64,000 nt of DNA from Squalus acanthias (Eukaryota), in NCBI GenBank assembly GCA_030390025.1, contig CM059431.1:109432001-109496000 (forward strand), given 5' to 3'. Shown here piece by piece: positions 12,706 to 24,946 of this stretch (positions are counted from its first letter, which is position 1; the number at the start of each line of letters is the position of its first letter). The position numbers were made by a program, and so were the translations under genes. The notes under the pieces are model-generated. The model ran no database searches, had not been told where the DNA came from, and saw only the letters and a program-made list of their open reading frames with translations.

Positions 12706-13150
12706 AACAACAACAGCAATGTATTTATATTAAGCGCCTTTATCATAGTAAAACGTCCCAAGGCCCTTCACAGGAGCATTATAAAACAACATTTGACACC
12801 GAGCCACATAAGGAGATATTAGGGCAGGTGACCAAAAGCTTGGTCAAAGAGGTAGGTTTTAAGGAGGGTCTTAAAGGAGGAGAGAGAGGCGGAGAGGTTT
12901 AGGGAGGGAATTCCAGAGCTTAGGGCCTAGGCAGCTGAAGGCACGGCCGCCAATGGTGGAGTGTAGGAAATTGGGGATGCTCAAGAGGCCAGAATTAAAG
13001 GAGTGCAGATATTTCGGCGGGGGGTTGTGGGGCTGGAGGAGAGTACAGAGATAGGGAGGCGTGAGACCATGGAGGGATTTGAAAACAAGAATGAGAATTT
13101 TAAAATCGAGGCGTGGCCGGACCGGGAGCCAACGTAGGTCAGAGAGCACA
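12706..13150 (-). mobile_element. L2 LINE 3' end
   Basis: LRWLPVRPRLDFKILILVFKSLHGLTPPYL...GGRAFSCLGPKLWNSLP, with a (TTG)n tail on the minus strand. Confidence 0.88.
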
Positions 13151-13259
13151 AGACCCAAAGTGCGACACAGGAAGTGTGACAAACATAACAAATGTACTAC
13201 AGGTATAGTTTATATACTTCTATATAAATTTTGTCAGCAATTTCTTCATAGAAAATGAA

Positions 13260-14049
13260 GGGGGCGATTTTGCCAATGGGGGCGCGTTGGAGGCGGGACT
13301 GCTGCTTGTCGGGTTTTAGTCCCGTCTCCATCGACTTCTGGCCAACCCACGTTATTTTCCCTTGATTGACCTTGTTAAGCCCGCCCAGTGGGTTTAGCAG
13401 GCCAATTAAGGGGAAGCCGGTTACAGAGAACGTCAGTGTATGACGTTTCATCTGTCAACAATATTTGACAGATGAATTGTTATCGTTTGACAGCTCTGTG
13501 AAGCTGTCAAACACTGACATTCTGTGTTGTTTGATGAGTCCTTGTATTCAGCAGAAACTAGATGGTTGTTGCATCTGAGAATGCAGCAGTCATCTGTCAT
13601 CTCTGCCGGTGAGATGCGAGAGTCTCAGCATCTCCAACGATTGAAGCCTGCAGGAAGAAACAAAGGTAAGTAAACATTTTCTATCACTTTCCACTCACCT
13701 CACATACTCACCTCTCCACTCTTGCACCCATCACTTACCTTCACAGTGCACTTTTGCACCCCTCCGACCCCCTCGGTGACCCTGGCGGGGTTTCCCGACA
13801 TTGGGAAGCCCGTGCCTCTGCTGGAAAAATGGGGATAATCCTCTTAACTGCCTGTTAACTATGTTAACAGGCAGTTAAGTGGCTGTAATCCCCTTCCCGC
13901 CTCCAGTAGACAGGACCCACCGTGGGTTGGCTACCCGCCTCCTGGGAAGATGGCATGGAGGCGGGATGGGCACCCGCCCCCAGATTCTAACATTTTCCCC
14001 GCAGTCCTGCCTCCAAACCCGCCTCCGCAGGGCTGGCAAGGTCATGCCT
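13260..14049 (+). mobile_element. Harbinger-type MITE, family 2
   Basis: Starts GGGGGCGATTTTGCCAATGGGGGCGCG and is homologous to 37868, 49203 and 61812. Right TIR is degenerate. GAA on both flanks. Confidence 0.82.
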
Positions 14050-14232
14050 GAAGCAAGTGTTTCTTGATTGGTTCCCAGATAGTAAATAAATATATTTTCC
14101 GTAGCCAAATCTGTTGATATGAAGAATTGTAGTATTTGATTTCTCAGAATAAACAAGTAAAAGAAAGCCAGCTGCTGTAGCCGTTTAGAATACATTAGAA
14201 AATATACAGAATCCATGGTGAAATTTGGCATT

Positions 14233-14340
14233 TAGAAACATAGAAACATAGAACAGGAGTAGGCCATTCGGCCCGTCGAGCCTGCTCCACCATTCAATAC
14301 GATCATGGCTGATCATCCAAATCCAGTCCCTGCTTTCTCA
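14233..14340 (-). mobile_element. CR1 3' tail fragment
   Basis: (AGAAACAT) repeats followed by GGAGTAGGCCATTCGGCCC.TCGAGCCTGCTCC, the reverse complement of the CR1 3' UTR at 350-434. Confidence 0.85.
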
Positions 14341-14660
14341 CACAGAATCCCCATCGAGCCTGCACCGACACATATCCCACCCTATCCCCACGTATTTAAT
14401 TCCCCATAACATATCCCATCCTATCCCTGTAACCCCACATATTTAATCCCCCCCTAACACTAAGGGTCAATTTATCATAGCCAAATCAACCTAACCCGCA
14501 CATTTTTGGACTGTGGGAGGAAACCGGAGCACCCGGAGGAAACCCACGCAGACATGGGGAGAATGTGCAAACTCCACACAGACAGTCACCCGGGGCCAGA
14601 TTCGAACCCGGGTCCCTGGCGCTATGAGGCAACAGTGCTAACCACTATGCCACCGTGTTG
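14341..14660 (-). mobile_element. HE1-like tRNA-derived V-SINE
   Basis: Minus strand: CACGGTGGCATAGTGGTTAGCACTGTTGCC (A box), GGGTTCGAATC (B box), V-domain GGGTTTCCTCCGGGTGCTCCGGTTTCCTCCCACAGTCC and a CR1-like tail. Confidence 0.88.
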
Positions 14661-17600
14661 TGAAAGTTTCATTTGTCACACATATAACATGCTGTCAACA
14701 ACCTTTGAATATAGGAAATCAAATTGTTTTTTGTCTGAATAATTACCCCTCAGCAAAAGTTAAAGGGTGCATACTTTACCTTGAAGGTGACTGACTGAAG
14801 GAATGAGAGGTACCGTGAAAAAAAACTCATGATTGCTTTAATAAACATTTAATTACACATTTTTTAAAAAACAATTGCTTTGTACGTTGTTAATTATATA
14901 ATTTACTTCAGATAACGTCTGAAAGTTCATGGTTTAAGTTGATTTTATTCAAAGGAAATAATCAGTTAATTTACAGGCTTCTGGATTTTTCCATCGCTGG
15001 ACTGGAAGGAGGCGAGGGAATTTCTGGCACACTCTGCCAACATAGAGCCAAAGGGGACGGATTATTAGCCACACTCTGGAGCCAAAATAATGAGGGGAAT
15101 GGTTTGCTCTTATTGACATGGACAGCAGCTAATAAGGAGAAACCAAAATATTTACATAAAAAATTCAGCAAAGTCCAACCCAATAACTCAAGCTGCAGCC
15201 AAGTGCTCCAAATATAGCGTCAGGCTTCTGGCACAAGAGCAGGCCTCTCTGAGAATGCATTTTACTGGGATTTAGAACCTCATTGGTGGGTTTCCCATCC
15301 AATCGCTTTGGGAACAGGAAGGATCCAGGGATCTATTTAAAGCAGGAATGCACCTCTTACAGGGAGGTCACATTCACTTTACTGACAATAGTGTCTTTTA
15401 GCTCCGTGAAATGCAAGTTGAGTCAAAAGCAAGCCCCTAGGTTTTCAGAAGCTTCCCTGGAGGAAGAGGTGAGGGGCAAGTGGGAAGTTCTCTTTCACAG
15501 TAATGGAAGAAAGAAATCCAAAATGTCCCTTCACCAGGCCTGGAGAGAGGTGGCTGAGATCATCAGCTCCAGGAGCATCACCCCCCCGCCCTCCACCCCC
15601 AGGACATAAGAACATAAGAACATAAGAAATAAGAGCAGGAGTAGGCCATTCGGCCCTTCGAGCCTGCTCCGCCATTCAATGAGATCATGGCTGATCTTCT
15701 GCCTCAACTCCATTCACCGGCCCTATCGCCATATCCCTTGATGCCCTTACTAGTCAGAAATCTATCGACTTCTGTTTTGAATATACCCAATGACTGAGCC
15801 TCCACAGCCCTCTGGGGTAGAGAATTCCAAAGATTCACCACCCTCTTTCAAATTTCTTCTCATCTCAGTCCTGAATGGCCTACCTTTTATCCTGAGGCTG
15901 TGGCCCCTGGTTCTAGACTCCCCAGCCAAGGGAAACATTCTCCCAGCATCCACCCTATCAAGCCCTGTAATAATTTTGTATGCTTCAATGAGATCCCCTC
16001 TCATTCTTCTGAATTCAAGAGAATACAGGCCTAGTTTACTCAATCTCTTCTCATACAACAGTCCCGCCATCCCAGGAATCAATCTCGTGAACCTTCGTTG
16101 CACTCCCTCTATGGCAAGTATATCCTTCCTTAGGTAAGGAGACCAAAATTGTACACAGTACTCCAGGTGTGGTCTCACCAAGGCCCTATATAATTGCAGT
16201 AAGACTTCTTTACTCCTGTACTCAAATCCTCTTGTAATGAAGGCCAGCATACCATTTGCCTTCCTAATGGCTTGCTACACCTGCACATTCACTTTCAGTG
16301 ACTCATGTACAAGGACACCCAGGTCCCTTTGAGCATCTGCATTCCCCAATCTTTCACCATTTATGAAATACTCTGCCTTTCTGTTTTTTCTACCAAAGTG
16401 GATAACTTTACATTTATCCACATTATATTCAATCTGCCATGTTCTCGCCCACTCACTGAGCCTGTCAAGATCCCCTTGAAGCCTCTTCACATCCTCTTCG
16501 CAACTGACACTGCCACCTAGCTTTGTGTCATCAGCAAATTTAGAAATGTTATATTTAGTCCCCTCATCCAAATCATTGATATAGATTGTGAATAGCTGGG
16601 GCCCAAGCACCGATCCTTGCGGTACCCCACTAGTCACAGCCTGCCATCCTGAAAAAGACCCGTTTATCCCTACTCATTGTTTTCTGTCTGTTAACCAATT
16701 CTCAATCCATGCTAGTATATTACCCCCAATTCCATGTGCCCTAATTTTGTTCACCAACATCTTGTGTGGGACCTTATCGAAGGCCTTCGGAAAATCCAAA
16801 TACACCACATCTACCGGTTCCCCTTTGTCTACTCCACTAGTTACATCCTCAAAGAACTCCAATAGGTTTGTCAAACAGGATTTCCCTTTCATAAATCCAT
16901 GTTGACTCTGCCCAATCTTACTATCAGTTTCTAAGTGCCCAGTTATTGCATCCTTTATAATAGATTCCAGCATTTTCCCAACTACTGATATGAGGCTAAC
17001 AGGTCTGTAGTTCCCCGTTTTCTCTCTCCCTCCTTTCTTAAATAGCGGGGTTACATTTGCTATCCTCCAATCTGCAGGAACCGTTCCAGAATCTATAGAA
17101 TTTTGGAAGATGACAACCAATGCGTCCACTATTCCAATGGCTACCTCTTTCAAAACCCTAGGATGTAGGTCATCCGGTCCTTGGGATTTATCGACTTTTA
17201 GTCCCATTAATTTTGCTAGTACTGTTTTTTTACTAATAATAATTTCTTTAAGTTCCTCATTCTCGCCACACCCTTGGTTTTCTCGTATTTCTGGGAGGTT
17301 TTTTGTATCTTCCTCCATGAAGACAGAAACAAAGTATTTATTTAATTTCTCTGCCATTTCCTCATTCCCCATTATAAATTCTCCCGTCTCTGACTGTAAA
17401 GGACCTACATGTACCTTCACCAGTCTTTTCCTTTTCACATACCTATAGAAGCTTTTACAATCCGTTTTTATATTTTTCGCTAGTTTGTGCTCATATTCCA
17501 TTTTCCCTTTCTTTATCAATTTCTTGGTCCCCCTTTGCTGATTTCTAAAAAGATCCCAATCCTCAGGCTGACCTCTTTTTCTGGCAACTTTATAAGCTTC

Positions 17601-17929
17601 CTCCTTTGACTTAATACGAGCTTTAATTTCTTTTGTTAGCCATGGTTGGATCACTTTTCCTTTTGGGTTTTTATGCCCTAGAGGAATATATGTTTGTTGC
17701 AAATTATGCATTATTTCCTTGAATGTTAGCCATTGTATGTGCACCTTCATACCTTTTAGTGTAGTCTCCCAATCTACCAGGCCAACTTGTCCCTCATACC
17801 CTTGTAGTTTCCTCTCTTTAGATTGAAGACCTTAGTTTCAGATTGGACTACATCACTCTCAAACTTAATATAAAATTCAATCATATTATAGTCACTTGTC
17901 CCTAAAGACCCCTTTACCACAAGATAATT

Positions 17930-18517
17930 TACCACAAGGTACATCGGCGAGACCATGCAGACACTGAGACAACGTATGAACGGACACCGCGCAACAATCG
18001 CCATGCAGGATTGTTACCTCCCAGTCGGGGAACACTTCAGCAGTCAAGGACATTCAGCCTCAGATCTGCGGGTTAGCGCTCTCCAAGGCGGCCTTCGAGA
18101 CACACGACAACGTAAAATCATCGAGCAGAAACTGATAGCCAAGTTTCGCACCCATGAGGACGGCCTTAAGCAGGATCTCGGTTTCATGTCACGCTACAGG
18201 ACGTGACTCGACGTCGTTGTCTGGTTCACAGATGTGATTTCCAGTTTAAAAAAAAAGTAAAAAGCTTAATTGCAGACTGCAGCATTTGACACGTTGGACC
18301 CCCTGTGACCCCACCTCATTGTCTTAGCTGTACTCTGCTGTGTCTTTGATGTAATGCCTCCCTGACGGATTGTATCTCTGCAGACACATTGCTCTCTGTC
18401 TATATATACTTTGTAACCGATTTGTATTCCCTCACTGTACCTGACAAAGGAGCAGAGCTCCGAAAGCTCGTAATTTCAAATAAAACTGTTGGACTATAAC
18501 CTGGTGTTGTGCGACTT
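17930..18517 (+). mobile_element. Penelope-like element 3' end (GIY-YIG endonuclease C-terminal half plus pseudo-LTR)
   Basis: YIGETMQTLRQRMNGHR...VGEHFS...EQKLIAKFRT..DGL. 12-bp TSD CACAAGATAATT at 17918-17929 and 18518-18529. Confidence 0.9.
18435..18475 (+). ncRNA. Minimal hammerhead ribozyme motif in Penelope pLTR (core variant, probably inactive)
   Basis: CTGACAA-A-GGAGC-AGA-GCTCC-GAAA-GCT. Stem II is intact but the core reads CUGACAA instead of CUGANGA. Confidence 0.6.
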
Positions 18518-18927
18518 CACAAGATAATTGATTAGCCCTTTCTCATTACACAGTACCAGATCCAGAATAGCCTGTTCCCTGGTTGGTTCCTCTACATACT
18601 GATCCAGGAAACCATCTCACATGCATTCCAAGAATTCGTCCTCCACACCATTAGTGGTAATTTGATTTGCCCAGTCAATATGTAGATTAAAGTCCCCCAT
18701 GAGGATCTGGGTGCAATGCAGGAAAAGTTTCAATGATCTAACAAGAGCAGCAAGGGTGAGTACAGCTCTTCATTTCTTCGTCCGTCTCTCTCTCAATAAC
18801 ACCTAGCAACAGTCCTCCCCTCCCCCCAGCGCACTGAACAATTCCCAACCCTGCCACACATCATTCACCACCCATCACATTGGCACACAAAACCACCTCT
18901 CATTCTCAGTTCAAACACACTCATCCC

Positions 18928-19362
18928 TTTTTAAAAATTCATTTAGGGGAAGTGGGTGTCGCTGGCAAGGCCAGCATTTATTGCCCATCCCTAATTACCC
19001 TTGAAAAGGTGTCGGTGAGCCGCCTTCTTGAACCGCTGCAGTCCGTGTGGTGAAGGTACTCCCACAGTGCTGTTAGGCAGGGAGTTCCAGGATTTTAACC
19101 CAGCGACGATGAAACAAAGGTGATATATTTCCAAGTCAGGATGGTGTGTGACTTGGAGGGGAACTTGGAGGTGGTGGTGTTCCCATGCGCCTGCTGCCCT
19201 TGTCCTTCTAGGTGGTAGAGGTCCTGGGTTTGGGAGGTGCTGACGAAGAAGCCTTGGCCTGTTGCTGCAGTGCATCTTGTGTGTGGTACACACTGCAGCC
19301 ACGGTGTGCCGATGGTGGTGGGAGTGAATGTTTAAGGTGGTGGATGGGGTGCCAATCAAGCG
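18928..19362 (-). mobile_element. LINE-B 3' fragment in the Myb/SANT intron
   Basis: ORF 18991..19359 (IGTPSTTLNIHS...SWNSLPNSTVG) plus the LINE-B tail. Confidence 0.88.
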
Positions 19363-20321
19363 CCTTGCTCATTACTTTCACTGCAACCACTAACTCTTTT
19401 CTCACATGGTACCTATTGCCGAACAAAGAACTCCTCTGATGACTACTTCCTCGCTTCACACTCCAGCCACTTGCTTTCTATTCGACACCTCCCCATCGTG
19501 CTTGCATGTTGCATCTTCTCCTGCTCAGCATATACACAACCAGCTGAAGCCCCTCACATGCGCGGTCTCCTTTTCAGTAGCCACTTACTTACTCCTTCTC
19601 TTTCTGCAGGAGAAAATGGCGCACGACACTAGGGCGAGGAGTAAGACTGGGGGAGGAATACCCAGCATCATTATCCTCTCCGAGCTGGAGCAGCAAGCTC
19701 TCGACATCAGTGGCCCCTCGACAGCTGTCCGCTTTGTAGAGTTTGAGGCTGGGGGTTTTTCTGAACAGGGTCTCTGACTATTACTTGTACCCCTTCACAC
19801 ACCTTAGAAAAACAGACATTCAACCAGCTTTCCAACAACGAGCTGCATTGTGAAGTCTGTCATCTGCCACTGTGTGGTATGTCAGTGCCAGATTAACTCT
19901 TGTCCCTTTCCTTTAGATCCTTCTCAGCGGCAAGGACCCTGCACAAAAAGATACCTCGGAGGAGGACAATACTTCTGAGGAGGCACTGTCATGTGCCCCA
20001 TCATTCCCCGGCACCAGCACAGAGATCGGCACTCGGGGTGGATAAGACAGTGAGTTACAGGGCTCTGCACATGCCCAGCATTAGTGAGCAGGAACAAGTA
20101 CTGGAACCAGGGACAGCCCAGGACATGACTTGTGGGAAGGCCAGTTTTGCTGAGGAGGACAGCGATGCAGACGACAGGAGCCTAGCTATGAAAGGAAAAC
20201 TGTGTGCCTCACACAAGCAGTTATACAAGGTATTGGAAGGCCTGCCAAGGAATTTCAGTACCATGGCTGTGAGTATGGAGAAGTCCGCTTCCAGCTTGTG
20301 TGGTGTCATCTCGCATGGCGA

Positions 20322-20752
20322 CTCCGCATTGTGACTCTGGGAGGAGCTCTTCAGCCACTGGGAGAAGGCGATTCAGGAGGATTCTTGCGATGACTTTCCC
20401 TGTGGCAGACAGCAGGGAAACTCCTCTGTAATTACCGCAATCGGACTTTCTTGAAGATGGTCACAATTACGGCGTCTCTGAGGTCCCCTGGCATGCTCTC
20501 CTCCTTCCAGATAAGAGAAATTAGTTCATGAATTTGCGCCAGTAGTGGTTCTCCACCATGCTTTAGTGCCTCGGCAGCGATTTCATCTGCTCCCGAGGCC
20601 TTGTTGTTTTTCAGTTGTCAGATGGCCTTTTCAACCTCATGCCTGGCTGGGGCTGGGGCTGTGCTGAGATGGTGGCGGGTAGCATGCTGCGGGATGGAGT
20701 TGAGGACATTCGCGTCAAAGACAGAGTCTCGGTTAAGGAGATCTTCGAAGTG
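20322..20752 (-). mobile_element. RTE-clade LINE internal fragment (RT N-terminal part)
   Basis: Minus strand reads EVEKAI*QLKNNKASGADEIAAEALKHGG...MPGDLRDAVIVTIFKK, then after a frameshift SDCGNYRGVSLLS...LPESQCG. Confidence 0.85.
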
Positions 20753-22327
20753 TCACAACATGAGTTGATGTTACCAGCCTTTGCAGCTTCGGTGAAAGCT
20801 CAAATGACTGCCATCCAGATTGTAGAAGAGACCGTGTCCACAGATTGCTGGACCGAATATATAGGGGCTTTCAAGAAGTCATTCAACTACTGCAGTCTTC
20901 TCTCCCACAGCTAAGTGAGACTGATGAACCTCAGTCCCATGAGAGTGTCGGTGGTGTCCCGTTCCCTCCGGGAGGGGTGGGTTAAGATTGACCCCAAAAT
21001 TTGTGACACCTGAAATGCGATAGACAATATGCGCACTAAATGTATTGGCTTTAGATAGTCATATTGGGCATTGGGTGAGAAAATAGATGCTGCTGGATAG
21101 CAAGATTAATAGGAACTCTGGTAGAAAACTGAATTGAGAGTGAAAGAAATAGATTGCTCTGATGGAATCAAAGCTAGGGATATACTAAAATGAAAGAGTA
21201 ATAGTTCAGAGAGTCAAGATCAAAGAAATAGCACAAAAGTAAAGATAATAGGGGAAATTAAATTATGCATCAAAAGGAATTGTCAGCCATTATATGGATG
21301 GGAGAGAGATGGGTGTACAACATTGGTAAGCAAACATATTGGACTTGAAGTTGCTTGACTAGAATGTGAAATAAGTAAACAAGATCAAGAGATATGCAAT
21401 GCTTAGTTCAGAGAATTGTGGTAAGTAGCGATGTGTAAATTGGGGATAATATAGCAACACAGTCCATAAAATCACATAAAGCCCAAGGAATTAATTTAAA
21501 AAAAAAGCAGAGCTGCTGCAGCTATTTCATCCTTTCACTTCAGGGAGCTGGGTTCAAATCCAGCCCCGACAGATGGGGTGGATCTTCGCCCTTTGATTGC
21601 TGCATGTATCCTAAGCTAAATGAGTTTGGCCAATCGCATCCAAGTCCCAGCAGACTCAGGTCCACAAAACAGCGATGCCCATAATTCAGTACTAATTGGC
21701 ACTAACTGGGAAAATCTTGCTTTTGAAAGACCATAAAAGATAGCTGGTACAAGAAATTTAAAGAGCGCAGTTGGGGTGGTCTTCTGAGCTTGGGATTAAG
21801 CTACATTGAGAGGAATCGCTTCTCCATGTATTAAAAATGGAAGCAAAATCCTGCCAAGTGTTGGGAGAGTCTATAGGGAGCTACTTACTGCAACTAATCC
21901 ATATTACACCTGATCTGGAAGGAGAAGTATTATGTTTTCCCAGCAATATTATTCCTCGTCTTTGAAGAGCACGACATTTAAAGTTAAAAAAGAAGTCACG
22001 GGATTTTTTTTACAAGGAAGTATAAAAACTAGGATAGCTGAAAGAATAACATGGGACAACCTGACATACAAACGGTAGTGATGGAGAAAATAATCAAGGC
22101 AAAAAGGTGGAAAAAATGGGAATGACAACAAAAGATGGGAATTATGAAGATTTTCTTTTGTGATTTTGTTCAAAGGGGAAAATGTTTGGTTAAATTTGTC
22201 ATTATGTTGTTTAATCATTTAAAAAAAGGTGTACCATTTGAGAGGTTAGACGTTGTAGGGTCATGTCAAGAGGCATTTACTTGAAGCTGCTCTTCGACTA
22301 AGTGCAGAGGGCACTGACATAGATGGA

Positions 22328-23049
22328 GGGGTAGAGTTTCCGTTTTGAGTCCAATCTGAAAACTGCACCCAAAATCCGCTCTAAATTGCATAGTTAGGTT
22401 ACGGTCCAAGTTTCTGATACAAATCATTTGCATAATCACAAACGTAAAAATCTTCCATGAACCAGTGCAATCGGGCAGAGTGATAGAATGTAATTATCAT
22501 GGTTTTTTTCTTTCCATTAAAAAGTATTCCTTGATGTATTTAAGAGTAGTAACGCAGTCCACTTTTATAAATGGATTTGTCACCAAAAATAAGCATTTTT
22601 AATAAGGGTGTCCAGTCCTCCGCCTGTGAGAAACCTGATTTAACATAACTGAAAATGACTTTAAAAAAAAAACTATACTGACCATATACTACTTTCATTG
22701 GTGTGCACTAGTGGGATTCTTAGTAAATTAAATATTTTGTGATATGGAAAAACTTTTAAAAAGTGCCTACTAGTGCCTGTGCGCCTAGGAAAATGAACGC
22801 AATTTGAAGAGACTTCCCGAACCAGCAGAATCTAGCATTTTGACCTGGAGGCGTGGCCAGTTCTGTGGCCAGGCCTGATCTGGCACATTGAAACTTAAAC
22901 CAGCGTAAAAGATCGCGGAAAACATGAACATAATTGGTGTTAGGCGTAACTCACTCAGGTTTAAAATTCCCCGATCTGTTTGCTGGTTCGGCCGATTCGG
23001 CCTGGATTGCGTTGATATTACTGGCCTAAAGGAGCGGAAACTCTACCCC
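22328..23049. mobile_element. Harbinger-type MITE, family 4
   Basis: Perfect 15-bp TIR GGGGTAGAGTTTCCG / CGGAAACTCTACCCC with GGA TSD. Confidence 0.85.
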
Positions 23050-23059
23050 GGAGTGTTTT

Positions 23060-23253
23060 ACATAAGAACATAAGAAATAGGAGCAGGAATAGGCCACTTG
23101 GCCCCTCGAGCCTGCTCCGCCATTCAATAAGATCATGGCTGATCTTGGGCTCAAAGCCACTTCCCTGCCCGCTCCCCATAACCCTTCACTCCCTTACCTT
23201 GTAAAAATCTGTCTGTCTCCACCTTTAATGTATTTAATGACCCAGCCTCCACG
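23060..23253 (-). mobile_element. CR1 3' end fragment
   Basis: (CATAAGAA) tail followed by the reverse complement of the CR1 3' UTR. Confidence 0.85.
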
Positions 23254-24433
23254 GGTTTGTTTCAATAAACACAAAGGAAAAGGATTGCTGTGAAGAACAG
23301 GTTCGTTGTGCCATGGTGCAACCAAGGGAATGCCCAGTCAATTGTGCTTAAAGGGGAAGGAAAGTCTAAGAGGATTACAGTGATGAAAAAGTTCCGCCGA
23401 CTCTCCTTTCCCTTTAACTAACTTGAGTTTCAGAGTTGAGGCAGATGTGTGACTAGAGTGATCTCAACACATGCAAAGCACTTTCTGAAGCCCACCTGAA
23501 GCAGTCAAATTCTGTCACTATTTATATTGCTATAAATCATGGCAATGCCAAGTTATGCATCGTAATTTTAATTCAAGTGGTGCAAATCAATATGCATAAT
23601 AAATGAAAACCAACTTAATGGTTATTATCGAGTAGCTGGAAGAAATAAAAGAAATAATTGGCTCCTTTTATTTTTTTTTGTCAGTCTATGTAATTAAACT
23701 TACAAATAACATGAAAACAGAACAGTAAACTGCGATTACAAGGAAGCCAGAAATGAGCAGATAACAATGAACAGTATCAAAATATAATTATCACTACAGT
23801 AAACGACATAATTATCGCTATTGTAATACAAAATATAACTGTGTACCTTCAAGATTTTGAGCTTTTAATCTGTGTATATTGCATCAAGTAATTTACATTA
23901 CGCATGACTTGAGTAAAATGAGAATTAGTTCTTGTGTCAAGTTTACCATTCACTTTATTTGTAATTATTGTACATTTAATACTTATTGTATAATATATAA
24001 CATGTGCTGATTTTAATGCAATAGTTTATCTCACTGCTAAGCTACTTGTGGTATTTTATTAAATCCCAATGCAAAATTGAAAAACTGATTTTACTTCATT
24101 AAAAAATCCCCGTGTGACAAATCTTTACCATGAACATGCAATAATTAAAATTAATTATCCTATCAAATGTGTGTCTAGATTCATTTAGAGTAGTTCTCAC
24201 ATAAATCAGGAAGACGATATCATAACTGACAAAGTTTTCGGAAACTGGTTTTGCTACTTTACCCTTCAAACTCCTGACTCAACCTGACAGTACAGAAGCA
24301 CGCACATAATGTCACAATGTGTGCGTCATCTCAGTATCTAACTGCATGTCCATTGTATGTTCTGTACTGGAAAAAGAAAAAAGATAAACATTTAATTAAT
24401 ATGTTGGTACATAACAAAATTTAATTCTCAGCG

Positions 24434-24735
24434 TATAGGAACATCGGAACAGGAGTAGGCCATTCATCCCCTCAAGCCTGTTCTGCTATTCAATTAGATC
24501 ATGGCTCATCTGCAGCTTAACTCCATCTACCTGCCTTGGCTTTGTAACCTTTAATAGCCTTGCCGAACAAAAACCTATTAATCTCAGTTTTGAAATTTTC
24601 AGTTGACCCCCACCCTCAACAGCTTTTTGGGAAAGAGAGTTTCATATCTTCACTACCCTTCCTGACAATATCCCTGATCGGCCTAGCTCTAATTTTAAGG
24701 TTATGCCCCCTTGTTCTGGACTCTTCCCACAGAAT
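24434..24735 (-). mobile_element. CR1 3' end fragment (diverged)
   Basis: GGAGTAGGCCATTC...GATCATGGCT, and rc of SRTRGHNLKIR. Confidence 0.75.
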
Positions 24736-24946
24736 AAACAGAGAACAAGTCATAGGATGGGTTGTCACAGTTGACAGCACTCTGGTTTATTTCCCACAAT
24801 TCCCCAACATGCCCTTGATGATGCTGAGGAATGAATGGATATCCACTGCCTCGGTTATTTTCGCTAAATATACTTTAATGAACTGTGACAAGGGGTGTGT
24901 GGAGATCAAGATTTCCTTCATGTGCTATGTGCAGCTAAATCATTTA

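Larger units (their letters stand above)
15605..18701 (-). mobile_element. CR1 LINE, 5'-truncated within the endonuclease, disrupted ORF2
   Basis: ORFs 16674..17750, 16275..16637 and 15762..16250 contain GPDDLHPRVLKE, NYRPVSL, GVPQGSVLGP and FADDTK. (AAGAACAT)n tail at 15605-15630. AGGA duplicated at the flanks. Confidence 0.95.
15400..20320 (+). pseudogene. Multi-exon Myb/SANT-like (Harbinger ORF1-type) gene remnant disrupted by CR1, Penelope, LINE-B and RTE insertions
   Basis: APRFSEASLE...EVLF...AWREVAE...PR, then a CR1 insertion, then RIWVQCRKSFNDLTRAAR|GTGAG (GT at 18756). Acceptor TTTCTGCAG at 19609 leads in phase 0 to EKMAHDTRARSKTGGG. Probable third exon from about 19917. Confidence 0.8.

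Noticed and set aside
14580..14660. tRNA genes at A/B-box sequences (also about 5050, 21545, 54190, 57630, 59930)
   Set aside because: These are SINE heads or remnants. Most are attached to SINE bodies, and I could not fold a complete cloverleaf.
14939..15217. Possible exon after TTACAG near 14976 (also the acceptor-like site near 43608)
   Set aside because: No matching strong donor and no recognisable peptide.
16674..17750. Longest ORF (358 aa) as a host gene
   Set aside because: It is a CR1 ORF2 fragment, and neighbouring parts are frameshifted and interrupted by Penelope.
21000..21480. Purine-rich stretch resembling an ancient CR1 ORF1/ORF2 junction
   Set aside because: Too degenerate to support by eye.
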